From positions 1 to 38,416 of the IMG/VR virus record IMGVR_UViG_3300037350_000013: a stretch of 38,416 nt of DNA. One strand, written 5' to 3'. The notes beneath the pieces are model-generated. The model was given only the letters and a program-made list of their open reading frames with translations, searched no databases and was not told where the DNA came from. How positions within the stretch are numbered: position 1 is the first letter of the stretch; every line of letters starts with the position of its first letter. A program made the translations under genes and the position numbers. Origin of the DNA: a virus. Its lineage: Duplodnaviria > Caudoviricetes. Below are positions 24,210-33,367 of this stretch, one piece after another.

Positions 24210-24983
24210 ATGAGCCTGACCGTCACGAAGCTGGACGTCATCAAAGGGGCGTTCAGCGAAATCGGGATCTATCCGGGTGGAGTGGCGCCATCTGCGGAGG
24301 ATACGCAGTTGGCGTCCGACCTCCTCGACGAGTTGGTGGACGGCTGGAACATTCAGGGCCTCACATCAGGCGTGAATGTTCGCTCTGTCTACCCGCTCGT
24401 CAACGGGCAGGGGGGACCGTCGAACCCTTACACGATCGGTCCTGGTGGCGACTTCGATACAGGCACGCAGGCGCGGCCGGACACGATTCGGGAGGCGAAT
24501 CTGCTGCTCTTGCAGTATGTGACGCAGCCCACGGAAATCCCGCTCGCGATCCTCACCGACGCCATGTATGACGCGGTGCAGATCAAGGAACTGCAGACGC
24601 AGTTGGGGAATTTCCTCTACTACAACCGCACGGTGCCGCTCGGCACGATCCAAATCTGGCCCGTGCCGAATACGAGCATCAATTCGCTGGTGCTCTACAC
24701 GGATCTGTTCGTCGGGGCATTCGTCTCACTGTCGGCCGCCTATGTCTGCGCGCCTGGGCTGAAAACCGCGATGCGGCTCAACCTCGCGTCGATGCTGGTG
24801 AACAGCTTTGGCGCGTCGGTGGAGGGCGCTGTGATTCAGCGGGTCGACCGGATGGCTGCGGAAGCGTTGCAGAACTTGAAAGACGCCAACGCGAACAGCG
24901 ACATGGCGGATCTCGCGATCGACCTGGCGTATACGCCGTCGCCGCGGGGCAACTACAACATCTACACAGATACGGGTAGCTAA
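24210..24983 (+). CDS. P22 gp4-like head-to-tail adaptor
   Basis: T..D.I..A...IG......P.AED......L..L...W; A.R.NLA..L. Confidence 0.8.
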   Translation: MSLTVTKLDVIKGAFSEIGIYPGGVAPSAEDTQLASDLLDELVDGWNIQGLTSGVNVRSVYPLVNGQGGPSNPYTIGPGGDFDTGTQARPDTIREANLLLLQYVTQPTEIPLAILTDAMYDAVQIKELQTQLGNFLYYNRTVPLGTIQIWPVPNTSINSLVLYTDLFVGAFVSLSAAYVCAPGLKTAMRLNLASMLVNSFGASVEGAVIQRVDRMAAEALQNLKDANANSDMADLAIDLAYTPSPRGNYNIYTDTGS

Positions 24984-24985
24984 CG

Positions 24986-25357
24986 ATGAGTGCGAATTCA
25001 CCCGCAGGCCCGTTTCGATCGGTGCAGTTCACGGGACAGACCGCGGGCAATGCTGGCGGGACCGGGCCGTGGATCAACTGCCGCGGGTTCACGAATCTCA
25101 CCGTCTACGTCGCGGGTTCCGCCGCGCTCTCGGCCGGCACGCTGATCGTGGAAGAGGCGAGTTGGGATCCGACGACTGAAGTCCCGTTTCCAGGCACGGC
25201 CAGCCAGATCACATCGGTCACGCTCTCATCACCGTTTGCGAGTGCCGGCGGGCAGTATGCGACGCACTGCCCCGTGAGCGCCTATGCGTGGGTGCGGACG
25301 CGCATTGGCACGTCGGTCGTCGGCGGGACCATCAGCGTGGACCTGGAGGGCTGCTAA
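24986..25357 (+). CDS. Small beta-sandwich virion protein
   Basis: Beta-rich, G/S/T-rich; structural gene cluster. Confidence 0.65.
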   Translation: MSANSPAGPFRSVQFTGQTAGNAGGTGPWINCRGFTNLTVYVAGSAALSAGTLIVEEASWDPTTEVPFPGTASQITSVTLSSPFASAGGQYATHCPVSAYAWVRTRIGTSVVGGTISVDLEGC

Positions 25358-26140
25358 ATGCCCACGTCCTCATTCCCATCGAACGTCACGGGCGTCACCG
25401 TCCAGACCGCCACCAGTGGTGCCCTCTCCGGGGATGGATCCTCAGGGAACAAACTCGCGGTAGGCGTAGATGGCGTCACGATCGACGTCAACGGATCGAA
25501 TCAGCTTGAAGTGAAGAGCGGCTTTGATCTGGCCGTGAACAGCATCGTGGGCGTGAGCGCGCAGGACACGATCGTGCTCCCGACCGCGACCGCGAATAAC
25601 GTGCTCGGGATTGGGCCGACGATCTTCAACACCGGCATCTACGGTTTTCAGACGTTCAACGGTCCGGCGGGCGTCACGATTCAGACGGACGATCGCGTGG
25701 CGTGGGCATTGGCACTGGTGGAAGAAGTCGGCTCCCATCAGATGCTGTTCTATCCAGGCGAGATCGCCTTCGGGGTCAGTGCCCTGAACACGGGTCTTGG
25801 TATTTCGACAAATACGCTCGACGGGATGAACTTTGCCGAGTTTACGCTGACGGTGACGGGGCCGACTGCGGGCGAACTCTTGCCGGGGGATGGCGTATCG
25901 CCCTGCACGATGAATATCGGGAACTCCACAGCGCCGTGGAACACGGGCTATCTCAACTCCGTGGTGCCGACCGCCACGGCGTTTACGGATCTGCCGACGC
26001 CGGATGCGAACACATTCCCGATTGCCATTGTGAATGACAGCACGGTCACGAGCGGCACGGTGTCTGCGGGGAGTGGGATGCACGTCAACGTGATTGTCTG
26101 GACCGGATCGGTCTGGACCGTGTTCAAGAACCTGACCTAA
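25358..26140 (+). CDS. Tail/head fibre-like protein
   Basis: LSGDGS...L.V.VDG.TI..N..N.L fibre repeats; C-terminal knob-like segment. Confidence 0.65.
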   Translation: MPTSSFPSNVTGVTVQTATSGALSGDGSSGNKLAVGVDGVTIDVNGSNQLEVKSGFDLAVNSIVGVSAQDTIVLPTATANNVLGIGPTIFNTGIYGFQTFNGPAGVTIQTDDRVAWALALVEEVGSHQMLFYPGEIAFGVSALNTGLGISTNTLDGMNFAEFTLTVTGPTAGELLPGDGVSPCTMNIGNSTAPWNTGYLNSVVPTATAFTDLPTPDANTFPIAIVNDSTVTSGTVSAGSGMHVNVIVWTGSVWTVFKNLT

Positions 26141-26301
26141 TGGCGAAGCCCTTGGAGCAGCGTGTGAAAGACGCGATCGGCTCGCAGGCGTGGACGATTC
26201 TCGCGTTGCAGCAGACGTGTGACGAACAGGCCGAAAAGATCAAGGCGCTGGAAGCCACAATTGCTGAGCAAGCGCCGAAGAAGCCGCCGACGTCGGCGTA
26301 G
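26140..26301 (+). CDS. 53-aa coiled-coil protein, possible fibre chaperone
   Basis: TAATG coupling; heptad pattern. Confidence 0.6.
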   Translation: MAKPLEQRVKDAIGSQAWTILALQQTCDEQAEKIKALEATIAEQAPKKPPTSA

Positions 26302-26303
26302 CC

Positions 26304-27464
26304 ATGCCGCGCATCTCGATTCCCTTCGCGGGTCCGGCGAATACCCTCCGCTCTGAGATCGCCTGTCCCGATGAAGCGATCAATGAGGTGTTGGAATCGA
26401 CGGCCCCAGGGAACGCGAAAACCCCAACCTACAGCCGGAACACGCCGGGGCTGCGCGTCTTTTGCCTGCTCCCGACGCTGCCCGTGCGCGGTATTTTCGC
26501 GAGTCCGGTCGGCGGACGCGTCTTTGCGGTGGCTGGCGCGACGTTCTACGAGATTTTCGCGGAGGGGACGTTCACGGCGCTTGGCTCTGTCGCGAATGAC
26601 ACCCTGCCGGTGTCGATGGACTCCAACGGATCGGCCGGGAATCAAATCCTGATCGTCTCAGCGGGACAGGGCTACATCTTCAACTTCGCGACGAACACGT
26701 TCAGCCAGATCACCGATCCCGACTTCCCGTCCCCGGCGCGGATGGTGACGTTCATCGGGAGCTATTTCGTCGTGTTAAAGGGGGCGGGCTCGCGGTCATT
26801 CTCGTGGTCGGCGCAAGAAGATGGCCTGAGTTGGGATCCGCTGGATGTGGCGGAAGTCTCGGAAGCCTCCGACAACCTCAACGCGGTCATGCGGAACCAC
26901 TTTGAACTGTGGATGGTCGGCGTCTCGACCAGCACGGTCTACGTCCTCACAGGCGATCCGACGACGGTCTTTGCCCCCTATCAAGGCGTGTTGATGGAAC
27001 TCGGCACACCGGCCCGGTTCACGGTGCAGCGGATCGACAACACGCTGATGTGGCTGACGAGCGATCAACGCGGGATGGGGATGGTCGTGCGGATGGATCA
27101 GTTCGTCCCGCGGCGGATCAGCACGTTTGCTGTGGAGTGGGACATTCAGCAGCTTTCGACAGCAGCGTCGCCCTACACCATCGGGCTTGCGTTCCAGATG
27201 GAAGGGCACATCTTCTACGCCCTGACGTTCCGCGATGACGACGTGATCCAGGGCGGGATCGATCACTCGTGGCTCTACGACGTGACGATGGATCGCTGGA
27301 CGAAATGGGAACACTGGAACGTCAACACGGCGACGTCTGAGCCGAACCGGGCGGGCTGCTACGGCTTCTGCTTTGAGCAGCATTTGTTCGGGGACCGGCT
27401 GACGGGAGCCATCTATCGCGGCTCGTTCGCGTTCGCGGAAGAACAACTGGCGGCGGTGGCATGA
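26304..27464 (+). CDS. P22 gp10-like tail hub protein, N-terminal part
   Basis: TPGL...VRG, VSM..NG, AE...DN, RIST.AVE, YD.....W, GD...G.IY; stops before the C-terminal domain. Confidence 0.88.
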   Translation: MPRISIPFAGPANTLRSEIACPDEAINEVLESTAPGNAKTPTYSRNTPGLRVFCLLPTLPVRGIFASPVGGRVFAVAGATFYEIFAEGTFTALGSVANDTLPVSMDSNGSAGNQILIVSAGQGYIFNFATNTFSQITDPDFPSPARMVTFIGSYFVVLKGAGSRSFSWSAQEDGLSWDPLDVAEVSEASDNLNAVMRNHFELWMVGVSTSTVYVLTGDPTTVFAPYQGVLMELGTPARFTVQRIDNTLMWLTSDQRGMGMVVRMDQFVPRRISTFAVEWDIQQLSTAASPYTIGLAFQMEGHIFYALTFRDDDVIQGGIDHSWLYDVTMDRWTKWEHWNVNTATSEPNRAGCYGFCFEQHLFGDRLTGAIYRGSFAFAEEQLAAVA

Positions 27465-27637
27465 CAGCCGTGGACATCATGGTCCGCTTGTGTCGCACGA
27501 CGAAGGGCATCGCGCCGGCCCGCATCGTGAAAGCCAAGATGCTGGCCTATCGATCGCGGATCGAGTGGACGGCGGTGCTCGCCGTCATGGATCCCACGCA
27601 CCGAGAGGCTGTGCAGAAGGCTGAGGCGTCGTCGTGA
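27461..27637 (+). CDS. 58-aa hypothetical protein inside the split gp10 locus
   Basis: Read by hand (MTAVDIMVRLCR...); ATGA and GTGA overlaps with both neighbours. Confidence 0.6.
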   Translation: MTAVDIMVRLCRTTKGIAPARIVKAKMLAYRSRIEWTAVLAVMDPTHREAVQKAEASS

Positions 27638-29634
27638 GCGTCAAGGTTGGCGCGGACGCGACCAGTTGGCTCCAGCAGGACGCGAGCGAGAGTCCGGCCG
27701 ATACGATGCCGGACACGACAGGCGATCTGTCGGTCTTTCTCTGGCTGGACAACCTTCTGCCGGCGGTCGTGCTCCCCAGCTACAAAACCGGATTCGTGTG
27801 GTTCACCACAGCCGATCTCATGGCGCCGGACTACGCCGATCCGTACGTGTGGGTCGGCATCGAACAGGTGGACGGCGTGCAGGCGATCGGGATGACGGTG
27901 GGGACCGGCGACGGCACTTCGACGCCGTTTGTCACGTCGGGCGTGGAAAAGCGTGCGATTGGCGTGACCTACGACGGCACGTCGCACGACTGGAAGTTCT
28001 ACATCCGCCGCACGGCCGCATGGGAACTCGTCGGCACGGTCACGGACGATTGGAGCGGGAACACCATCACGCAGATGCGGCTCCTGAATGACGGGATTTC
28101 AGGGTCGCACGGGTCGATGTCCTGTGCCTACTTCCGGCTGTGGAATGGGAAGAAGCTGACGCTGGATGAATTCGAGGCGGAAGCGACTAGCGCGGTAGCC
28201 GTGACCTCTGGCATCACGACCGATACGCCGCTGATCACCGTGGACGATCTCACGGACGTAGCGAGTTCATCGGGGAGTCAGTGGTATGCCGTCGGGACGG
28301 CGCTCGAAACGACGCTGCCTGGGCCGCTCGCTGGGAATGCGTCCTATCTGTTCGTGCCGGAAAGCTCCGTCGCGGCGGGTGGCAATCCCACATTCACCGG
28401 CTCCGTCCTCGCGACCACCACGGGTAGTCCGACCGCAACGATCTCGGTCGATCAGATCGTCCCAACAACCACGCATCCGACCGTGGCGATCTGCGGCGCT
28501 CGTGATGGGGGCTGGTGGCAGGCGTGCGACAACGGCTCCGTGACCGATCTGGTGAAGTTCGATGCGACCGGAACCATCACTGGCACCGTGACGTGCGCCG
28601 TGAAAATCTGCAACGGGAACAACGGGAACGGCTTCGCGACACGCTCCCTGATGGAACTGGACAACCGGAACCTGCTCAGCATTGTGCGCTCCACGGGCGT
28701 GCTGACCGAGATTTCGAGCGTCGATGGAACGGTCGTGCAGTCGTTCGGGCTGACCGTAACGTCAGCGTTCGGGCTTGACGGCGCGGTGAGCAGCAACGGG
28801 AAGCGGCTGATCTTCCTTGATGTGACGTCGATGACCGGCCCCACAAACGTCCGCGCGTGGGATCTGGAGAACGACGTCGACCTCGGGACGCTGTTTTCGG
28901 ACGATGCGGATTACGCATGGTCGCTGGTGTGGCTGGCGGATTGTTCCGTCGTATTCATGGTGAACACGGGCGTGAGCATGACGCCGTGGCGACGGTATGA
29001 CCTGTCTGGCAACCTGCTCGGCACGGGAGCCTACGACGAGACAGCCTATCCCGCCTCTGAACAGGTCTACGGCATCACGGCGAGTGTCGCAGAGGATCGC
29101 GTCTGCATGTTCCGCGATTGGGACGAGGGCATGCAGAACGAGCAGCCGGCAGTGTTGCCGTTCAAGCTCTCGACAACAGGGATCATTGGCCCGCAGGTGC
29201 CGTTGGTCGGCGGCATCACGGACTATGAGCAGATCAGCGCGTTGGGCCAGCCCTATGTCGGGATCATGTGCGATCCGTTTCCGCCCACGCCGACGACGGC
29301 GAGCTATCCCGTGCGACGGTTGCGCCGGATGAAGCTCGATTACTGGCAGAACAAGCTCATCTCGATTTCCCGCATCGAACTGAAGATGCAGGCGGGCGAA
29401 GGGACCGTGGAGATCCCGAATCCGCAGGTGATGCTCCGCGTGAGCACGGACGGCGGGCGCACGTTCGGGAACCTCCGCATGTGCAGTGGCGGGCGGATGG
29501 GCGAGTTTTCGCAGCGGGTGTTCTGGACGCGCTTTGGGCAGGGGCGCGATTGGGTCGCGGAGTTTTCGTTTAGTGATCCGGTGCCTTGGTATCTGTTGGA
29601 ACTGGAGATCGATCACACCTTGGGGACGAGCTAA
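27634..29634 (+). CDS. LamG-like + beta-propeller + gp10 C-terminal domain fusion, putative receptor-binding tail protein
   Basis: IGVTYDG..KFYI, FRLWN..LT..E; propeller-like repeats; PPTPTT linker; RRLRR...G.G...PQVML..S.DGG.TFG...G..GE...RV.W.R.G...FSDPV. Confidence 0.85.
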   Translation: MSVKVGADATSWLQQDASESPADTMPDTTGDLSVFLWLDNLLPAVVLPSYKTGFVWFTTADLMAPDYADPYVWVGIEQVDGVQAIGMTVGTGDGTSTPFVTSGVEKRAIGVTYDGTSHDWKFYIRRTAAWELVGTVTDDWSGNTITQMRLLNDGISGSHGSMSCAYFRLWNGKKLTLDEFEAEATSAVAVTSGITTDTPLITVDDLTDVASSSGSQWYAVGTALETTLPGPLAGNASYLFVPESSVAAGGNPTFTGSVLATTTGSPTATISVDQIVPTTTHPTVAICGARDGGWWQACDNGSVTDLVKFDATGTITGTVTCAVKICNGNNGNGFATRSLMELDNRNLLSIVRSTGVLTEISSVDGTVVQSFGLTVTSAFGLDGAVSSNGKRLIFLDVTSMTGPTNVRAWDLENDVDLGTLFSDDADYAWSLVWLADCSVVFMVNTGVSMTPWRRYDLSGNLLGTGAYDETAYPASEQVYGITASVAEDRVCMFRDWDEGMQNEQPAVLPFKLSTTGIIGPQVPLVGGITDYEQISALGQPYVGIMCDPFPPTPTTASYPVRRLRRMKLDYWQNKLISISRIELKMQAGEGTVEIPNPQVMLRVSTDGGRTFGNLRMCSGGRMGEFSQRVFWTRFGQGRDWVAEFSFSDPVPWYLLELEIDHTLGTS

Positions 29635-29829
29635 ATGGCTGGCGTCTATGTGCAGCCGCGCGTCCCCTCCGAACAGCCGTTTCTCAACAAAGACGGCACG
29701 GTGAGCCGCGCGTGGATCGGGTTCTTCAACAGCCTCTCGCGGTTGGCGGTGTTAGGACCGGCGAATACCTCGGTCACGGATAACACCGATGTGAAGTGGG
29801 ACGGCACGTCAGGGCGGTTGGTGAAATGA
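29635..29829 (+). CDS. Short tail protein at the needle (gp26) position
   Basis: P....G.VSR.W..FF..L N-terminus; fibre-like GP....DN...WDGT.G.L.K. Confidence 0.6.
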   Translation: MAGVYVQPRVPSEQPFLNKDGTVSRAWIGFFNSLSRLAVLGPANTSVTDNTDVKWDGTSGRLVK

Positions 29830-30266
29830 CGACGATTCGCGCGGCGACGACGGCGGATCTGCCGGCGCTCGTGACGATGGGTCGGCGCTTCCTCGCGATG
29901 CTCTACACGGATCGCTTGAAGGATGCGCCGGATCGACTCGATGCGCTCGCCTCGCAGTTGGTCGGCGACGCCAACAGCCTCGTGCTTGTCTCGGAACAGG
30001 CCGGCGAAGTCGTCGGGATGATCGCGATGGTCTGCTATGAGCATCCGATGTCCGGCGATCCGATGGCGGTGGAGATGTTCTGGTGGGTAGAACCGGAACA
30101 GCGCGGCGACGGGATGCGGCTGTTTCGACGGGCGCGGGCATGGGCGAAAGCGCGTGGCGCGCGCATCCTCCAGATGATTGCCCCCGCGACGAATCCCGAC
30201 GTGGCGGCGATGTATGACCGGCTCGGGTTCGTGCCGATGGAAACGACCTATCAGCGGAGTCTCTGA
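29826..30266 (+). CDS. GNAT acetyltransferase-fold protein (P22 gp14 position)
   Basis: IR.AT..D, WWVEPEQRG.G, Y.RLGF. Confidence 0.9.
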   Translation: MTTIRAATTADLPALVTMGRRFLAMLYTDRLKDAPDRLDALASQLVGDANSLVLVSEQAGEVVGMIAMVCYEHPMSGDPMAVEMFWWVEPEQRGDGMRLFRRARAWAKARGARILQMIAPATNPDVAAMYDRLGFVPMETTYQRSL

Positions 30267-30268
30267 CC

Positions 30269-30955
30269 ATGCTTGCACTCGATCCTGAACGCTCGGCTGA
30301 CGAAATCTGCTGCTTCATTGGCACGACGGCGGCGATCCTGCTCGCGGCCTCGGCGGCGGCATCGGCTGGCGGGGCGGCCTACGCGGCGCACAAGAACACC
30401 GAAGCGGCGGAAGCGGGCTCCAAGGCTGCTGTCGATGCCGCGAAGATCCAGGCCGACGCCGCGCAGAAGGCGGCGGATACAGCGACGGATGCCAACAAAG
30501 CAGCGGCCGATGCGCAGTTGCAGGCCGCTCGGGAGGCGTTGCAGTTTCAGGAGCGCGTTTACGCGCAGAAGCAGGCGCAGGTCGCGCCGTATATCGGGAT
30601 GGGCCAAGGGGCGCTCTCCCGGCTCGGCGCTGGCCTTGGCGTGCAGAGTGTCCCGCAGCCGCCTCCGGTGATGCCTGGCGATACGGGCGTGGCTGGGCTG
30701 ACGTTTCAGTCGTCGGCCGCTCCGAAGCCTGCTACGCCTGCTCCAGGTGCCTCTAGCGCCGCACAGGCGACGACAGGTGCTCCGACGCTCGCCAGCCTTG
30801 GCATGCCAGCGTCGACCGCGCAGCCGCCGAATCAGAGCGGCACCAGTCTGCCGCAGATCGGTGAGCAGCGGTTGATCGGTGGACAGATGGGCCAATGGGA
30901 CGGAAAAGGGTGGCGTCCCGTGCAGAGCGCGTCATCGGTGGCAGTGGGGGCGTAA
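30269..30955 (+). CDS. DNA ejection protein (gp7-like)
   Basis: Ala-rich; A..QA.AA...Q.....PY...G..AL..L. Confidence 0.75.
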   Translation: MLALDPERSADEICCFIGTTAAILLAASAAASAGGAAYAAHKNTEAAEAGSKAAVDAAKIQADAAQKAADTATDANKAAADAQLQAAREALQFQERVYAQKQAQVAPYIGMGQGALSRLGAGLGVQSVPQPPPVMPGDTGVAGLTFQSSAAPKPATPAPGASSAAQATTGAPTLASLGMPASTAQPPNQSGTSLPQIGEQRLIGGQMGQWDGKGWRPVQSASSVAVGA

Positions 30956-31684
30956 ATGGCACTCGATAGCTACGTGGACGGCGATCCGACCGATTACCTC
31001 TCGACCGATCCGTATGCCGGACAGGCACCGGGGAAGGATGCGACCAGTTGGACGTTGCCGTCTCCGAGCAATGACCCGTCTGTGCCGAATTGGTATGACC
31101 AGACGCCAGCGCAGTATCGACCGCCGACGACTCCAGCGGCGACCTCGACCACGCCGACGAGTGGTCCGTATGGCGGCGATCCAACGGACGTCGATGCGTG
31201 GCTTGCGTGGATGGCGCAGCAGCCCGGTCACGATCCGATCCTCGATACACCACAGGGGATCGCCTACTACCGGACGCAGATCCTCTCGAAGCCCGACAAA
31301 CTGAACGCCAACAACCTCGATTTCTGGCAGAAGAAAGCGACGTTGGCGCAATACGGCGGTGGCGTGGGCGCACCGGAAGGCGGCGGCGGCTACGGCGACC
31401 TCTGGAACAAGATGCCGACGCTGGCCGACATTCAGGGCATTCCGGGCTATCAGGCGGCGATCGACGAAGCCACGCGCGGATTCAACACGGGTGCAGCCGC
31501 GAAGGGCACGCTGCTGAACGGCCGCACGCAGGCGGCGCTGGGCGATGCCGTGTCAAACAAGGTGCTGAGCGATTTCTACTTCCCGTTTGCGAACTTGCAA
31601 TACCAGTTCAACCAGGGAAATGCCGGCAACTTGTTCAATCTTGCCTCGCTCGGACTGAACGGATCGTCCGTGGGAGCGGCGTAA
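30956..31684 (+). CDS. DNA ejection/internal virion protein
   Basis: PGYQ......AAAKG.L..G.T..AL...L..LA..G motifs. Confidence 0.7.
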   Translation: MALDSYVDGDPTDYLSTDPYAGQAPGKDATSWTLPSPSNDPSVPNWYDQTPAQYRPPTTPAATSTTPTSGPYGGDPTDVDAWLAWMAQQPGHDPILDTPQGIAYYRTQILSKPDKLNANNLDFWQKKATLAQYGGGVGAPEGGGGYGDLWNKMPTLADIQGIPGYQAAIDEATRGFNTGAAAKGTLLNGRTQAALGDAVSNKVLSDFYFPFANLQYQFNQGNAGNLFNLASLGLNGSSVGAA

Positions 31685-33367
31685 ATGGGTGCGGCTGATC
31701 GCATCGCAGACACCCTGCTCCGCATCGGACAGATCCAGGGCGATTCACTGAATCGCTCAGGAGATATCCGGGCACGGGCATTGGAACTCGCAGCGGAAGC
31801 GAACGCACGCGGCGTCACGGGGTCCGCGGATGCCTTGGCACGAGCGACGGCGGCGAATGGGCAGATTTGGGGCCAGACGCTTTCTCAGTTGGGCGCGTTG
31901 CCGGGACAGGTGATGCAGGTGTCCCAGCAGCAGAAGGCGCAGCAATTGGAGAATCAGAGCCGACAGATCGCGAACGACCGCGCGATGCAGATCCAGCAGG
32001 GCGAGAAGGCGTTCCAAACGCTCCTGCCGCAGATTCCGCGCACCGATGACGGCCTATTCGATGTCGCGGCAGCGACGCCGTTCTTTGCGAAGGCTGGCAT
32101 GACCAGCGAGCAGACAGCGGACACGATCCGCACGCTCGACGCGCTGAACTCGGCGCAGATGGGCGTCAACAAGGTGCGGAGTGAACACGCCGCCGATCTG
32201 GCGAATGCCGCATTGGAGTCCGCGAAGAAGTCGGGGGAGCCGCTGTCCGTCATGGGCGCGACGCTCTGGCTGAATGGCGCAGCGGAAGCGGGCGTGGCGC
32301 GGCCGGCCGAAGTCGATCAGATCAAGAAGGCACTGCTGGGCGGCGCAGACCCGACGCAGGTGTTCACGGCGATCCGCAATCAGGGCGAGAAGTATCGACC
32401 GAAGCCGATCACGAATGAGACGGAAGCGGCGATGGCTGCGGCCGGTGGCGATCCGACCGCGCAAGCCGCGATGAAGGTGCTGAAGCCTACGCCACAGCCG
32501 ACAGAGGCATCAATTGCGATGCAGGCGGCTGGGAATGACCCGACGAAGGCGATGGGCATTCTGAAGCCGCCGCCGCCCGCGCCGAAGCCGCCAGCCACGG
32601 GCACGTTTGAGGACTACGTGACGCGGACGTATGGGGCCAGCCCGACGCCCGAACAGATCATCCAGGCGCGGAAGGACTACGGGCAGGCCGGACAGCGCCC
32701 GCCCGCCGCGCCTGTGAACGCGAATGACCCGAAGGACATCGCAGACGCGATCATTCGCGGCGAGCAGCCGCCGACGCTGACGGGCCTCTATCGCAACGCT
32801 GGCCCCGTGCGGGCTGAACTCGCGCGACAGGGCTACGACCTCGCCACGGCGCAGACCGACTGGACGGCGACACAGAAGCACATCGCCACACTGAACGGGG
32901 CGCAGCAGACGCGGCTGAATCAGGCGATCGGGCAGCTTCCCGAACTGCTGGATTCGGTTGAATCACTCGCGAAGCAGTGGAAGGGCGGCAAGTTCCCGAT
33001 CCTGAACAAGGCGAATCTCGCCCTGGCGAAGAACGGCGCGTATGGGTCCGGCGCGGCGAGCATCGCGACGCAACTCGAGCAGCAGATCGCAGACGTGACG
33101 GGCGACCTCGGCGCGGTCTACATGGGGGGCAACTCGCCTACGGACCACGCGCTGGACCTCGCACGCACGGCCCTGAGCAGCAATTGGGATGAGAAGGTGC
33201 TGCTGGACATGGTGAACCGGGCACGGAAGAACGTGGCGATCCGGCAGAACTCGATCAAGAGCACGGGCGTGCAGGGCGTGAGCGGGGACAACCCGTATGC
33301 GCCTGCCGCGACGACCATCGCGCCTCCAACGGGCCGCTACAACCCGGCAACGGGGAAGGTGGAGTAG
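31685..33367 (+). CDS. DNA ejection/internal virion protein
   Basis: 560 aa, A/Q-rich helical; synteny. Confidence 0.7.
   Translation: MGAADRIADTLLRIGQIQGDSLNRSGDIRARALELAAEANARGVTGSADALARATAANGQIWGQTLSQLGALPGQVMQVSQQQKAQQLENQSRQIANDRAMQIQQGEKAFQTLLPQIPRTDDGLFDVAAATPFFAKAGMTSEQTADTIRTLDALNSAQMGVNKVRSEHAADLANAALESAKKSGEPLSVMGATLWLNGAAEAGVARPAEVDQIKKALLGGADPTQVFTAIRNQGEKYRPKPITNETEAAMAAAGGDPTAQAAMKVLKPTPQPTEASIAMQAAGNDPTKAMGILKPPPPAPKPPATGTFEDYVTRTYGASPTPEQIIQARKDYGQAGQRPPAAPVNANDPKDIADAIIRGEQPPTLTGLYRNAGPVRAELARQGYDLATAQTDWTATQKHIATLNGAQQTRLNQAIGQLPELLDSVESLAKQWKGGKFPILNKANLALAKNGAYGSGAASIATQLEQQIADVTGDLGAVYMGGNSPTDHALDLARTALSSNWDEKVLLDMVNRARKNVAIRQNSIKSTGVQGVSGDNPYAPAATTIAPPTGRYNPATGKVE

Noticed and set aside
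27461-29307. Intron or intein interrupting gp10
   Set aside because: No intein Cys/His-Asn termini, no RT or homing nuclease and no recognisable intron ends; the insert encodes structural-type domains in coupled ORFs
29826-30266. GNAT as a toxin or novel modification system
   Set aside because: It occupies the usual gp14-like slot between tail and ejection genes in P22-like phages; no antitoxin partner is adjacent
32401-32580. Tandem DNA repeat in the ejection gene
   Set aside because: A degenerate two-copy protein repeat (TEAxxAxxAAGxDPTxAMxxLKP), ordinary for such proteins
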